The notes beneath the pieces were generated by a model. It made no database searches, was not told the DNA's origin, and was given only the letters and a program-made list of their open reading frames with translations. A stretch of 64,000 nucleotides of DNA from Octopus bimaculoides (Eukaryota), in the NCBI RefSeq assembly GCF_001194135.2, contig NC_068999.1, positions 40,562,564-40,626,563 of the forward strand, in the 5' to 3' direction. The position numbers and the translations under genes were made by a program. Below, piece by piece: positions 40,221 to 51,267 of the stretch (position 1 is the first letter of the stretch; each line of letters begins with the position of its first letter).

Positions 40221-40870
40221 TAGGTGCCGGTGTGGCAGTGTGGTAAGACGTTTGCTTGCCAACTACATGCTTCCAGGTTCGGTCTCACTGCGTGACACCT
40301 TGGGTAAGAAGGACTACCATAGCCTCGGGCTGACCAAGGCTTTGCGAGTGGATTCGGTAGATCGAAATCTCAAAGAAGTTCGTCGTATATGTGTGTGTGC
40401 TTGTCTGTATGTGTGGGTGTGTGTCTGTCTGTCTCTGTCTGTGTATCTGTCTGTCTGTCTGTTGGGCAAGGGTCTTCTGCTATAGCCTCAGGCCGACCAA
40501 AGACTTGTTAGTGGATTTGGTAGAGGGAAATTGAAAGAAGCCCGCCGTATATATGTGTGTGTGTGTTCGTTTGTTAGTGTGTGTGTGTGTTTGTGTCTGT
40601 GTGTGTCTGTGTCTGTGTCTGTGTCTGTGTGTCTGTGTCTGTGTGTCTGTGTGCATGTGTGTGTTGGGAAAGTGTCTTCTACTATAGCTTCGGACTGACC
40701 AAAACCTTGTGAGTGGATTTGGTGGACGGAAACTGAAAGAAACCCGCTCAGCAGAAGAATCCAATAGAGTAAGTACAAGGCCATAATAAAACCAAGTACT
40801 TTGCTCGATTATATCGACTAAAATTCTTCAGATCGCTGCCCCAGCATGACCGCTGTTGAATGACTGAAAG
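40221..40870 (+). mobile_element. Composite S2 SINE with a triplicated internal module
   Basis: One head, then TTGGG..AG..TCTTCT.CTATAGC modules at 40300, 40462 and 40664 separated by TG/TGTC repeats, then a tail ending GCTGCCCCAGCATGACCGC...GACTGAAAG. Confidence 0.85.
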
Positions 40871-41246
40871 AATTATATAACAAACGATGAAAGATGTGCT
40901 TCATTATAAAAGGAATATCATGTTTTGTCTCCGAGAAACCAATTGCATGTTGGCAGTGGCGGACTGGCACTATCTCTATTTCTCTCTCCCTCCCTCTTTT
41001 TATATTCTATTTATCTCCCCTTTTTTTCTTTCTCCTCCTGTCTCTAATTCTTCTCCTCCTCCTTCAGCGTTCTCTATCTGTCCCTCTCTCTCTATCACTC
41101 TTCCTCCTTGACTCTCTCGTTGCTCACGCGTAACCATCGGCCATCCTTCTTCTCATAACTCGAATTTCTTTCTCCTCGTTGAGCTACAGGGATAGCTCAC
41201 ATTTTTGTCTGTCTCCCGTCAAAGCTTGTTTCTCCACTTCACCTCA

Positions 41247-41870
41247 TTATGGCCTTACAGGCCTGTCCGTTCGCTTGCAATGTCCTGTTTTTGCTACCAA
41301 CTTTGACCCTCTGCAAATCCCAAATTTAGCCATCTGAATGTCATGATGTTTCACGTTGGGTATCAAAATGCTGACATCTTGACTGTTGTTCATTGCGCTG
41401 TGGATGTTGTATAACCTGTAATACGTGAGATGAAAACCAAGTTCCTCCATACTGTGAAGGTCTTTAAGTGCGACTCCAGTGAGGGTGACATCATGCCACT
41501 CCACATCTCTGAACAGAGTCTTAGACTCAGTTCAGTTGACTATGTGAAGCTGACAGAGAGTGTGTTCTAACTCGAGTTGACAGAATTGCTGCTGGTAGGT
41601 CATATGTTTGGCATCAGGATTAATATAGGTTGGTCCCAAGGATTAATAATCCCAAGGATTAATAATCCCAAGGATTAATAATCCCAAGGATTAATAATCC
41701 CAAGGATTAATAATCCCAAGGATTAATATAGGTTGGTCGCGGGTAAGAAGACCACTAACTGCTCTATCTGCAACACTAAGACCGAGCTGGTGACCAAGGT
41801 TAAGGAGGTATTCGTCTTCAGGGCGACTACATTGAGTAAACGCTTACATCCCAGCCATAATCTAGTTGAT
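41247..41870 (-). pseudogene. Unidentified coding-like relic, probably transposon-derived
   Basis: GC-richer island with an ~125-codon frame carrying one stop (INPDAKHMTYQQQFCQLELEHTLCQLHIVN*TESKTLFRDVEWHDV...TDRPVRP*). No motif recognised. Confidence 0.3.
41616..41738. repeat. Perfect 16-bp minisatellite (CCCAAGGATTAATAAT x5 plus a partial unit) between 20-bp direct repeats
   Basis: Units start at 41635, 41651, 41667, 41683, 41699 and 41715. AGGATTAATATAGGTTGGTC occurs at 41616-41635 and 41719-41738. Confidence 0.97.
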
Positions 41871-42061
41871 ATTTTTAAAAAATAGCTTTACTCCTGATGA
41901 GATATTGTGTTTATGTATATATATATTAGGATGTTCAATTTTTCTTAACTGATCAATTGAGTAAAGCTTATCAGTAACGTGCTTATAATGACTATTGGAA
42001 ACAGCTGTAAACCAAATTTGCTCTATAAACGAATATGTAATGACCATTACATATATCTTGT

Positions 42062-42098
<37 letters not shown>

Positions 42099-42414
42099 NN
42101 NNNNNNNNNNNNNNNNNNNNNNNNNNNNNNNNNNNNNNNNNNNNNNNNNNNNNNNNNNNNNNNNNTAAAAGGAAAGATAAAAGATACGAAAACTCCATAT
42201 TCTTATTTTATTGGAGAAGACGACCATCCTTTCTTCGTTTTGTTCAGAATAAAATAATCCAATTTGTGAATTCGTATCTAGCTGTAAATAATCAGCATTT
42301 TTTTAATATATTTTTTTTTATTTTGATGTTTAATCAAATGATAACAAAACAAAAAATCTTGCTCAATTTCAATCAACAGATATCAGTTATTAAAAACACA
42401 CAACAAATTTTATT

Positions 42415-42660
42415 CTTTATTCTTATATGCGTTTCAACCCAAAGCTTACGGCCATACTGTGGCACCATTCCTTTTGTGATTGGCTTCTGGTGAAGGAGGG
42501 ATTTGGATATCGCTGTCATCATTTGAGGTACTTGCCGCATTGTAGGCTCATCTGGGACGTTAATCTGCAACTGATCTTCCGCAACTCCATCTAGATTTCT
42601 CAGACATTTATGCAAGATACTAAGGAACTGTTGGCTTTCGAATTCCAAGCTCTTCAATCC
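42415..42660 (-). mobile_element. 3' end of a CR1-group LINE
   Basis: SLEFESQQFLSILHKCLRNLDGV...NVPDEPTMRQ...AISKSLLHQ resembles invertebrate CR1/L2-group C-termini (GPQLFNILPK.LR.L.GV...PDEP...A.SNSL..Q). A short 3' UTR and A-rich tail follow. Confidence 0.65.
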
Positions 42661-43219
42661 CGGTCCTCACCCTAGACAGGGTAGGGTGAAGTGCTGACTT
42701 CATTTATTATTTGATATCAAAATTTTTGTCACACCAAGTATATTTAGGCTTCAAATGATTGACATCAAATGGAAAATGCTTAAGTTAAGTTAACCGTCGC
42801 TGTGTGTTTTTGCGTGGTTAATATGTAACTTTATGCTGTAATTGTTTTATTTTCAACGCACGGTCTCAGATGAAATTACATGCCTGGCAGATAACCACCC
42901 GAAGCTAGTAATAGAAAGGGTAATTCCCCCTGTTTATCTTATTTTCTATAGCATTGTCCATTTCAAAAATGAATGGTGTAGTGTACAGCCATGGAACAAG
43001 CTAACGGTTTTATTTGGTTGTTTGGTTTGAGAAAAGTGGTAAAGTGAGCATTTCACTTCTTTGATATTACATGTTGTTTTAAAACTATTCATTTTTAAAA
43101 TCATTTTTCTAGCGTTGAAGTGGAAAAATCTCACTCTGAAATCATTAAACTGATTTTAAAATTGCAAAGCATCGCTCTGAAATGAAATTAGCCCAAGAAT
43201 ACAAATACTCTAGTTAGCT

Positions 43220-43950
43220 GTGTTATTTGTTAGCTTTAAACGACAATTTGCTGCTTTAATTTATAGCTAAGGCACAATAAATTAGACGTAGGTATTGTTC
43301 AGTATAAGTCTAGCTTCTCTTCGGTATTTTCATTCCCAGTTACTCCTTCATTTTTGTGCATTCCATCGCATTAGTTTCATCTGCTCCAAAGTATTTGCAT
43401 GATATGTTCTGTTCTAATTTTTTGTTTTCACTCTGTAAATATAACCTCAGTTCCAATTACTTTTCCTCGTCTAATATTATGTTTGACATATTACTTTAAT
43501 CCCATCCAAAATTTATCACAACAGGATTTATGCACCATTTACTAGGTACTTCAGCTCGATGTTGTCAGCTGTCTATAATTTTACTTCATCTGTCTGAGAG
43601 AGATTGTTTGCAGGTCGGCTCAGTATTTTAACTGCCGGTGCTCTTATGTTGTAAATGTGTTAATGGATTCAGAGCTATAAGCAACTTACATTGGGGATAA
43701 GGAGATTTTCTGAAATGTTCTTCATGTGACAGCTAGATTTTATCATATTATCTTTTTCATGCTGTGTTATCGATGTGTTCTGCTTTGGCACTGCGTGCTT
43801 GATGTATTGCCTTGATACTGAGGCTATCCACTGTATGTGCAATGTTTCCAATATCCAGTTATGTGCTATGCAGCTAAAGGCTTCTTTGGTAATCAATCCA
43901 TTCCGCGCTTAGATTTTTCGGTCTCTATTTGGTGTTTGCAATAACTTCTG
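43220..43950 (-). mobile_element. Decayed R4/Dong-like reverse transcriptase region
   Basis: Ordered peptides AEWIDYQ, EAFSCIAHNWILETL, LIALNPLT, TDEVKL*TAD, INFGWD, KYFGADE...KMKE, YRREARLIL. Confidence 0.75.
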
Positions 43951-44065
43951 TTTACCAATAACTCTTTTTTATATCCATACACTCTAAGAGGAAAACTTTT
44001 TTTTCTTTTCCCTTAGAACGTTGTTATTAAGTTATAGATCAGCGACAAGCCTTTTATACACACAA

Positions 44066-44105
<40 letters not shown>

Positions 44106-44527
44106 TCACACACACATGCTCACACANNNNNNNNNNNNNNNNNNNNNNNNNNNNNNNNNNNNNNNNNNNNNNNNNNNNNNNNNNNNNNNNNNNNNNNNNN
44201 NNNNNNNNNNNNNNNNNNNNNNNNNNNNNNNNNNNNNNNNNNNNNNNNNNNNNNNNNNNNNNNNNNNNNNNNNNNNNNNNNNNNNNNNNNNNNNNNNNNN
44301 NNNNNNNNNNNNNNNNNNNNNNNNNNNNNNNNNNNNNNNNNNNNNNNNNNNNNNNNNNNNNNNNNNNNNNNNNNNNNNNNNNNNNNNNNNNNNNNNNTTG
44401 GTTCTTCTGATTAACTTTTTTTTAATCAAATCCTGGAAACTGCCTCAATTCTGGAAATGTTCCAGATGCTAGTTGTTTTGATTGTCTTTGTAAACTCCAA
44501 ACCACTTATGCTCAGTGTAGTAGTAGC

Positions 44528-44592
<65 letters not shown>

Positions 44593-44736
44593 TAATAATA
44601 ATAACAATAATCATAATCATAACAATGATTATGATTATGATGATGATGATGAGGAGGAGGAGGAGTTCATTTGGTTCTCTTGACTTCTGATATTAGTTGA
44701 ATAAGAAATGTTATGCACATGTTTCGTCTTGGTGTA

Positions 44737-45195
44737 AAATATTCTGCTCACTATTGCAGATTTGCTGGTCAGTTGCTTGACCTTCACCAGTTGTGCATGT
44801 TACTTGGTGGCTGCGACATTTGTATCTCTGATCACGAACAGGAGCAGTGGGGGAGCGTTATAGCCCTGTGTTGAGAAGGATTCTTAGAGGTTTGAATAAT
44901 TCTTCTCTCGAAATATGCGTATTTAATTCATCATCATTAAGCCATTCTTATCCAGAGATTTTTTTTGAGTGGGATGGGCTACTCGACCGGAAAAGAATTT
45001 TAACCGGACCCCACCTGCAAATGTGTGCAGTGTATCTTGATATAAGATCACTGTGTCCGGCACATATAGTTGTGGAGCATGTACTTGGGGTGCCCTTATC
45101 GGACGCGTAGTCTCGTATATCTGAATCCCAGCGTCACTTCAATGGTGTGCGCTGCTCTCTCACTCAATAATAATGATAATAAAAATAATAACAAC
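44737..45195 (+). mobile_element. Repeat R6 with (AAT)n tail, copy 2
   Basis: Homologous to 17803-18262. Confidence 0.8.
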
Positions 45196-45204
45196 ATTTT
45201 GAGA

Positions 45205-45340
45205 AGAAGTACATTCCTTGTCGTCCCAAAAGTATGAAAGTCAAAGTCGACCATGGTGGAATTGAAACCGGAACTTAAAGACTAACAAATGCCGCAAGCA
45301 TTTTGTCTGGTGTGCTAACCACTGTGCCAGCTCACCGCCT
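45205..45340 (-). mobile_element. S1 SINE
   Basis: ATGAAAGTCAAAGTCGACC...GGAATTGAAAC...GCTAACCACTGTGCCAGCTCACCGCC is the reverse complement of the S1 head. Confidence 0.8.
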
Positions 45341-45540
45341 TAGCAATAGTAATAACAGACGTTAATCCATTGCCCTCAAACAATCTTATTAAAAAGTGAG
45401 ATATTGGGAGAAACGCTAGAATGCTGGGCGAAAACACGTTTCCGTGCTGAGATCAAATACAACCGTGGATTCCGGAAGCAATAGCACCAAGTGCCATTCT
45501 AGTATTGCGATAGGGATGGTATAAACAATTATAGACATAC

Positions 45541-45666
45541 CCATAAATACGAGCCTTCTGATTTGCCGTGAAATCGATTGAATTTAATTAAACCAAACTG
45601 GATTTTGTCTGCTGGCAAAGGAATCGGTCTTTGATGCAAATATATTCTGATTAAAGAATGTTGCAT
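45541..45666 (-). CDS. Candidate 126-nt phase 0-0 coding exon of an unknown gene
   Basis: Strong acceptor ctgtacttctttccttgccag and donor TGG|gtatgt. Only frame 0 is open: MQHSLIRIYLHQRPIPLPADKIQFGLIKFNRFHGKSEGSYLW. Confidence 0.35.
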
Positions 45667-45768
45667 CTGGCAAGGAAAGAAGTACAGATGCTGCGTAATA
45701 TTGTAGTGTAATATACGGAGCGAATTTTCCAGCAGCAAATTCTAAGACGGTATTTAGGAGAAGTTAAC

Positions 45769-45910
45769 ATTAGGAAACGCAAATAAACTATTATAGTCGT
45801 AAACACACGAAGGATTCTTGGGAATACTCGAAAAGGCATTTTGCCAATATTTTGACGACTCCCAATGTATAACTTTGAAAGGAAGTTTTCCAGAATCAAT
45901 ATCATGATAT
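45769..45910 (-). CDS. Candidate coding exon of an unknown gene
   Basis: Acceptor aaagttttcaag, open frame YHDIDSGKLPFKVIHWESSKYWQNAFSSIPKNPSCVYDYNSLFAFPN. The donor (gttaac) is weak. Confidence 0.22.
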
Positions 45911-46262
45911 CTTGAAAACTTTAGAGATACACTGCATCCATCCACGCACGCACCCACCCACACACACACACACACATACATACATACATACATACATATA
46001 CACATATACACGAACACGATGACAGAAATAGATCCCAGTACATATGTACACTTGTGTGTGTATATGTTTACGTATATATCCTTGCGTATAGACACGCACA
46101 GAGGCATATATTTTTCATCGATGCGTATAGCCTTACTTCCAAATTTAACATCTACTCGCAATAGAATACTTGGGTAAATTTAGGTGTGTGTGTGTATGTG
46201 TAAGTGAATATGTGTTTATGTATCTACGTGTATGAGTGTGTATGCATGTGTATGAGTCTATT

Positions 46263-46313
<51 letters not shown>

Positions 46314-46377
46314 TACATATATATATATATATATTTATATTTATAAATAGCTATATCAATTCAATTGGGTTATTTAC

Positions 46378-46467
46378 CTTGGAGTCTGCTTTAGAACAGC
46401 AATATACGAGTATTTGTTATCTAATACGATTTTAGAGCGAGAATTGATCGTTTTCCTAACGTTACAT
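46378..46467 (-). CDS. Candidate 90-nt phase 2-2 coding exon of an unknown gene
   Basis: Acceptor ggattttcag and donor AAG|gtaaat. One frame is open: CNVRKTINSRSKIVLDNKYSYIAVLKQTP. Confidence 0.3.
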
Positions 46468-46720
46468 CTGAAAATCCGAGACTGTCTGTAGATTTTATAT
46501 AAATTTTAACAGGGAGAATGGAGTTAGAACACGTTTTATTGCATAATATTACAATTGTTTCATCGAGACTTTACCAAGAAATTATTGCTGGAATATTGTT
46601 TTATAATATACGAACTAACACATCATAAGAGTACTATTTGAACTATACTGGAAAATATCATCTCTTTATTTACACGTAGAAACTATTTTGCTGAACTAAC
46701 CCTAATTCACACAATATAAA

Positions 46721-47250
46721 CTCCTCGTTGCCTTCCTTTCTTGGTAAGTATAATCTTGCTACTCCTGCCCTTAGGTGGAGTCCTCCATTCATATTGAACT
46801 CCTTCCTAGTTTTTCTGTCCAGCTTTACTAATTGAGTTTTTGTCCGATGTACAAAAGCTGCTGACGATTTTCAGATACTGCCCAAGTATTTGCAGCCGTC
46901 ACTAGATTCGGGCCATTTAACTTTGACTTCATTAGCTTCCTCACCCTTCTGATGTACTCTTTCTCAATTTTAGTTTTCATTCCTATAGTCAGTATTCTGT
47001 CAGATTCTAATACTCCTACATACTAATGACTCCCTCCCCCTTTCAATGATTTTAATATCTAGCCATCAGAAAATTGGATGCCTTCGCTGTCTCCTTCTCA
47101 TGACTAATATTGTACACTTTTCTATGCCAAATTCCATGCCTATGTCTTTGCTGAAGAGTCTTACAGTCTGTATTAAGAAATCTACTTTTGTTTCATTCTT
47201 ACTAAAAAAACATCAGATCATCTATGTAGAGCAAATGGTTAACATTTCCC
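46721..47250 (-). mobile_element. R4/Dong-like non-LTR reverse transcriptase fragment
   Basis: VNHLLYIDDL, IQTVRLFSKDIGMEFGIEKC, YVGVLESD, EYIRRVRKLMKSKLNGPNLVTAANTWAV, LDRKTRKEFNMNGGLH...RLYLPRKEG, with frameshifts. Confidence 0.9.
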
Positions 47251-47254
47251 TTAC

Positions 47255-47345
47255 TGTTTCTGAACTGTGTTTACGGGAACGTAAACACATCAACATCGGT
47301 TGTCAAGCGATGGTGGAGTGACAAACACGGAGACACAAACACATA
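47255..47345 (-). mobile_element. S2 SINE tail-module fragment
   Basis: GGAACGTAAACACATCAACATCGGTTGTCAAGCGATGG matches the tail module of the copies at 30.2 and 38.1 kb. Confidence 0.75.
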
Positions 47346-47583
47346 CATATATATTTTTTTATTGATGTAGTTGAAGGTACCCAGAGCGGGTCGAAACATG
47401 TGCTGTACCCAATAATGTCTATTACACAATCCATCTCCTATTTTATTAATACTGTTACTCCAGCCGCCACTACGAATTTCCTGTAATAAATCTACGGATA
47501 AGAACAGGTAATCGAAACTGTCCCGGTGCTTTATTCATCATCTATTTGTACATTTTGTACAATTTCTCTTATTAGATATATAC

Positions 47584-47623
<40 letters not shown>

Positions 47624-48084
47624 TTGTTTGCATTCTTTCTAGCTAACACAAAGGAAATCGTTTCAAACGTGATACCGAAGTTCCACAATTTCTTTTTTCA
47701 CACATAATTCTTAAACACAATACAAAATAATATAAAATGAAAGAAAAAATGGGTAGCATAGAATCTCTTCCAACCGGTTTACTCCGCTCGAAACACGTTG
47801 GGAAACATCTGTGAATTTTAGGGTCCCATATAATATTTTGAATTGATATGTGAAAAGAGTAGGACAGAATTAGGTAAAAGAATTTTGTGAATATACGTTG
47901 AATTATTAACACAATTAATTACCCGATTTATATTACTCGTACGGCATCAGCTTTATGTATGTATATTTATGTTGCTATATATATGTGTGTATATATATAT
48001 ATAAACTTAGATACGTTTATGTGAGCATGAATGCATGGATAAATGGATAGATAGATACATTTTTATCTTTGGATAATGATTGAC

Positions 48085-48240
48085 CCCCACAAAATCACTT
48101 GACAACCGATGCTGGGGTGCTTATGTCTCCGAAAGCGGCTGTGCAAAAGAGACCGCTAGATTAAGTACTAGGCTTAAAAAGAATAAGTCCTATGGTCGAT
48201 TTGTACGACTAAAGGCAGTCGCAGTCAAGATGAAATAAAC
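48085..48240 (+). mobile_element. S2 SINE tail module
   Basis: CTTGACAACCGATGCTGG...GCAAAAGAGACCG...AAGTACTAGGCTT...AAGAATAAGTCC...CGACTAAAGGC. Confidence 0.8.
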
Positions 48241-48341
48241 GAGTATATGTATATATACATATAGAATACTAAGAAAAGTTTCGACCATGATTGGCCGAAG
48301 ACATTTAATGATGTTTCATATTACGGTCAGTCTTTACGTAC

Positions 48342-48630
48342 CGTGGTCCGTTCGTGTAAAACGTTTTTGTTTGTAGAGATATATGCGGATATACGTGGTT
48401 TATCTGGAATTTGGTGGGGAGAATTTGCCCAGCAGTAACTTGAATGTTATGAGATCGTTTTTTTTTGTTTTTTTTTTCTCGTTTGCCTTGGCATGATGCT
48501 AAAGAAAGCAGGGCCAGCTGAAGTGAAATAATTCTTAGGGTTTTGATGTGACGCGAGCATAGCTTTCGTAGAGAGCGGATGATACAAGGGTCAGGGCTTG
48601 GATGAATTTTAAAGTTCATGGCAACATCAT
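48342..48630 (-). CDS. Candidate N-terminal coding exon with a hydrophobic segment (unknown gene)
   Basis: ORF MNFK...IISLQLALLSLASCQGKREKK...NGPR with a phase-2 gtacgt donor compatible with the 46467 exon. It spans a poly-A tract, so it may be spurious. Confidence 0.2.
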
Positions 48631-49246
48631 CTGAGCAATGCTAATGGAATATTTTCCACATCCTAGAAATGATATAGCGCTCGCGGCGATNNNNNNNNNN
48701 NNNNNNNNNNNNNNNNNNNNNNNNNNNNNNNNNNNNNNNNNNNNNNNNNNNNNNNNNNNNNNNNNNNNNNNNNNNNNNNNNNNNNNNNNNNNNNNNNNNN
48801 NNNNNNNNNNNNNNNNNNNNNNNNNNNNNNNNNNNNNNNNNNNNNNNNNNNNNNNNNNNNNNNNNNNNNNNNNNNNNNNNNNNNNNNNNNNNNNNNNNNN
48901 NNNNNNNNNNNNNNNNNNNNNNNNNNNNNNNNNNNNNNNNNNNNNNNNNNNNNNNNNNNNNNNNNNNNNNNNNNNNNNNNNNNNNNNNNNNNNNNNNNNN
49001 NNNNNNNNNNNNNNNNNNNNNNNNNNNNNNNNNNNNNNNNNNNNNNNNNNNNNNNNNNNNNNNNNNNNNNNNNNNNNNNNNNNNNNNNNNNNNNNNNNNN
49101 NNNNNNNNNNNNNNNNNNNNNNNNNNNNNNNNNNNNNNNNNNNNNNNNNNNNNNNNNNNNNNNNNNNNNNNNNNNNNNNNNNNNNNNNNNNNNNNNNNNN
49201 NNNNNNNNNNNNNNNNNNNNNNNNNNNNNNNNNNNNNNNNNNNNNN

Positions 49247-49303
<57 letters not shown>

Positions 49304-49997
49304 TTCTCTGTGCTAATCATCATGGATACACCTATACTTCTATTTGTAGGTGACATATACAGACACTAAATAGTAAATATACTCACCGCCCATTGCGTCG
49401 GTCAAGGATCACCATTTACTTCATCTCTCAACGATCCGCTAATACATTAATATCTTCGATTCATCTACGTGTGTGGAATAGGCAGAAAGACCTCTGTGAA
49501 TGTATCTTGCGATTGATTAAATATCGTGTCCAAAAGGATATTTATATTGTGAAAGCATCACCGCTAACGAATACGGGGTCGTGAACACGGCGTATTTATG
49601 AGTGAACAAGTAGTCATTATAGACGAATTCCACTGCTTATGTGTGTGTATCTATGTACACAAACACACACATACACTAACATGTATACGTATGTATGTAT
49701 GTATGTATGTATGTATGTATAGATAGATAGATGGTGGGGACAGGTGGAGATGTCTGCGTGTGTATGTGTATGCATATTCTTATGCGACTTTTTACACATA
49801 ACCTATATATGCTTATACTGATTCGTATAAGCATGTGACTGTGAATGTGATTGTGTGCGCGTGCGCATGTGCCTGTGAATTGTGAGAGAGTGAAGAAGAG
49901 ACAGAATTTCAGACAATAGCTGACCAATTCTTAAACGACCACTTATAATAGATATCGCATCTATTAAGTATTTAGCCTGAGGCCCACACACGGACAG

Positions 49998-50053
<56 letters not shown>

Positions 50054-50167
50054 AGGCACATTCACAGGCACACACACACACATTCAAACACACAATTACA
50101 CATGTGATACTTCTGTAAAATGCTATGGAAATTGACGACGAATGGTGTAGAAGAAAGCAGATTATGG

Positions 50168-50357
50168 TGACATCTAGCGGCGACTAATTGATCCTGGTTT
50201 ACTCTTCCGTACCAGGAATAAGTAATATTTTATTGATTCCTGCTCTGGTTTTGGTAGCACCGATTAAGTTGCACTTTACATAATGGCGGATTAATGTACT
50301 CGTTCTCCAGATAACACGTGATCAGAAGCACGCCTGTCATGTGACCGGCGCCATTTC
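50168..50357. promoter_or_regulatory. Promoter/insulator-like motif cluster (CTCF-like, two YY1-like, two E-box sites)
   Basis: TGACATCTAGCGGC (50168-50181), AATGGCGG (50282-50289), CACGTGA (50315-50321), GTCATGTGAC (50336-50345) and GGCGCCATTTC (50347-50357), in a non-repetitive CpG-containing island. Confidence 0.5.
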
Positions 50358-50699
50358 TTTTTAACTGTTAATTTATGTCTTCTCTAGCTTTATTTTAAGC
50401 TTTATTTTTGTCCTTTTCGAGCCGTGTTTTTGTTTGTTTATTTCTTGCTTTTTTTTGTCTTTATTGATTTATATTGTTTTTATATTCTTTAACTTTTCTG
50501 GAATTATTCCGGATATCGTTTTGGGAGTAATTATTGTCATGTTAGAGAATATCTCACAATAGATGAATAAAAATAATGCTTTGCTTAGTTGGGTAGTTTT
50601 TGTCGTGTGAAGCATCAAAATATGCATACGAAATTAGGTCAATAGTGGGAGGAATTCATTTACTTGTTTCACACGTTATCTTATGTTTTGCGTGCCTCA

Positions 50700-50770
50700 T
50701 TTATTGGATTGCAGCCATGCTGGGGCACGGCCTTGGAGGGAATTAGTCGAACAAATCGAGCCTAGTGCTT
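50700..50770 (-). mobile_element. 3' end fragment of an S2-type SINE
   Basis: Minus strand CGACTAA...GTGCCCCAGCATGGCTGCA. Confidence 0.6.
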
Positions 50771-50772
50771 AG

Positions 50773-50803
<31 letters not shown>

Positions 50804-51218
50804 NNNNNNNNNNNNNNNNNNNNNNNNNNNNNNNNNNNNNNNNNNNNNNNNNNNNNNNNNNNNNNNNNNNNNNNNNNNNNNNNNNNNNNNNNNNNNNNNN
50901 NNNNNNNNNNNNNNNNNNNNNNNNNNNNNNNNNNNNNNNNNNNNNNNNNNNNNNNNNNNNNNNNNNNNNNNNNNNNNNNNNNNNNNNNNNNNNNNNNNNN
51001 NNNNNNNNNNNNNNNNNNNNNNNNNNNNNNNNNNNNNNNNNNNNNNNNNNNNNNNNNNNNNNNNNNNNNNNNNNNNNNNNNNNNNNNNNNNNNNNNNNNN
51101 NNNNNNNNNNNNNNNNNNNNNNNNNNNNNNNNNNNNNNNNNNNNNNNNNNNNNNNNNNNNNNNNNNNNNNNNNNNNNNNNNNNNNNNNNNNNNNNNNNNN
51201 NNNNNNNNNNNNNNNNNN

Positions 51219-51267
<49 letters not shown>

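Noticed and set aside
41635-41730. CRISPR-like appearance of the 16-bp array (and of the 26.5-27.3 kb array)
   Set aside because: There are no unique spacers between identical repeats and no cas genes, and the context is eukaryotic.
47765-47802. CGG-tttact-CCG-CTC-GAAACACGTT hairpin
   Set aside because: It has only the 3' half of a hammerhead; no CUGANGA-like core upstream.
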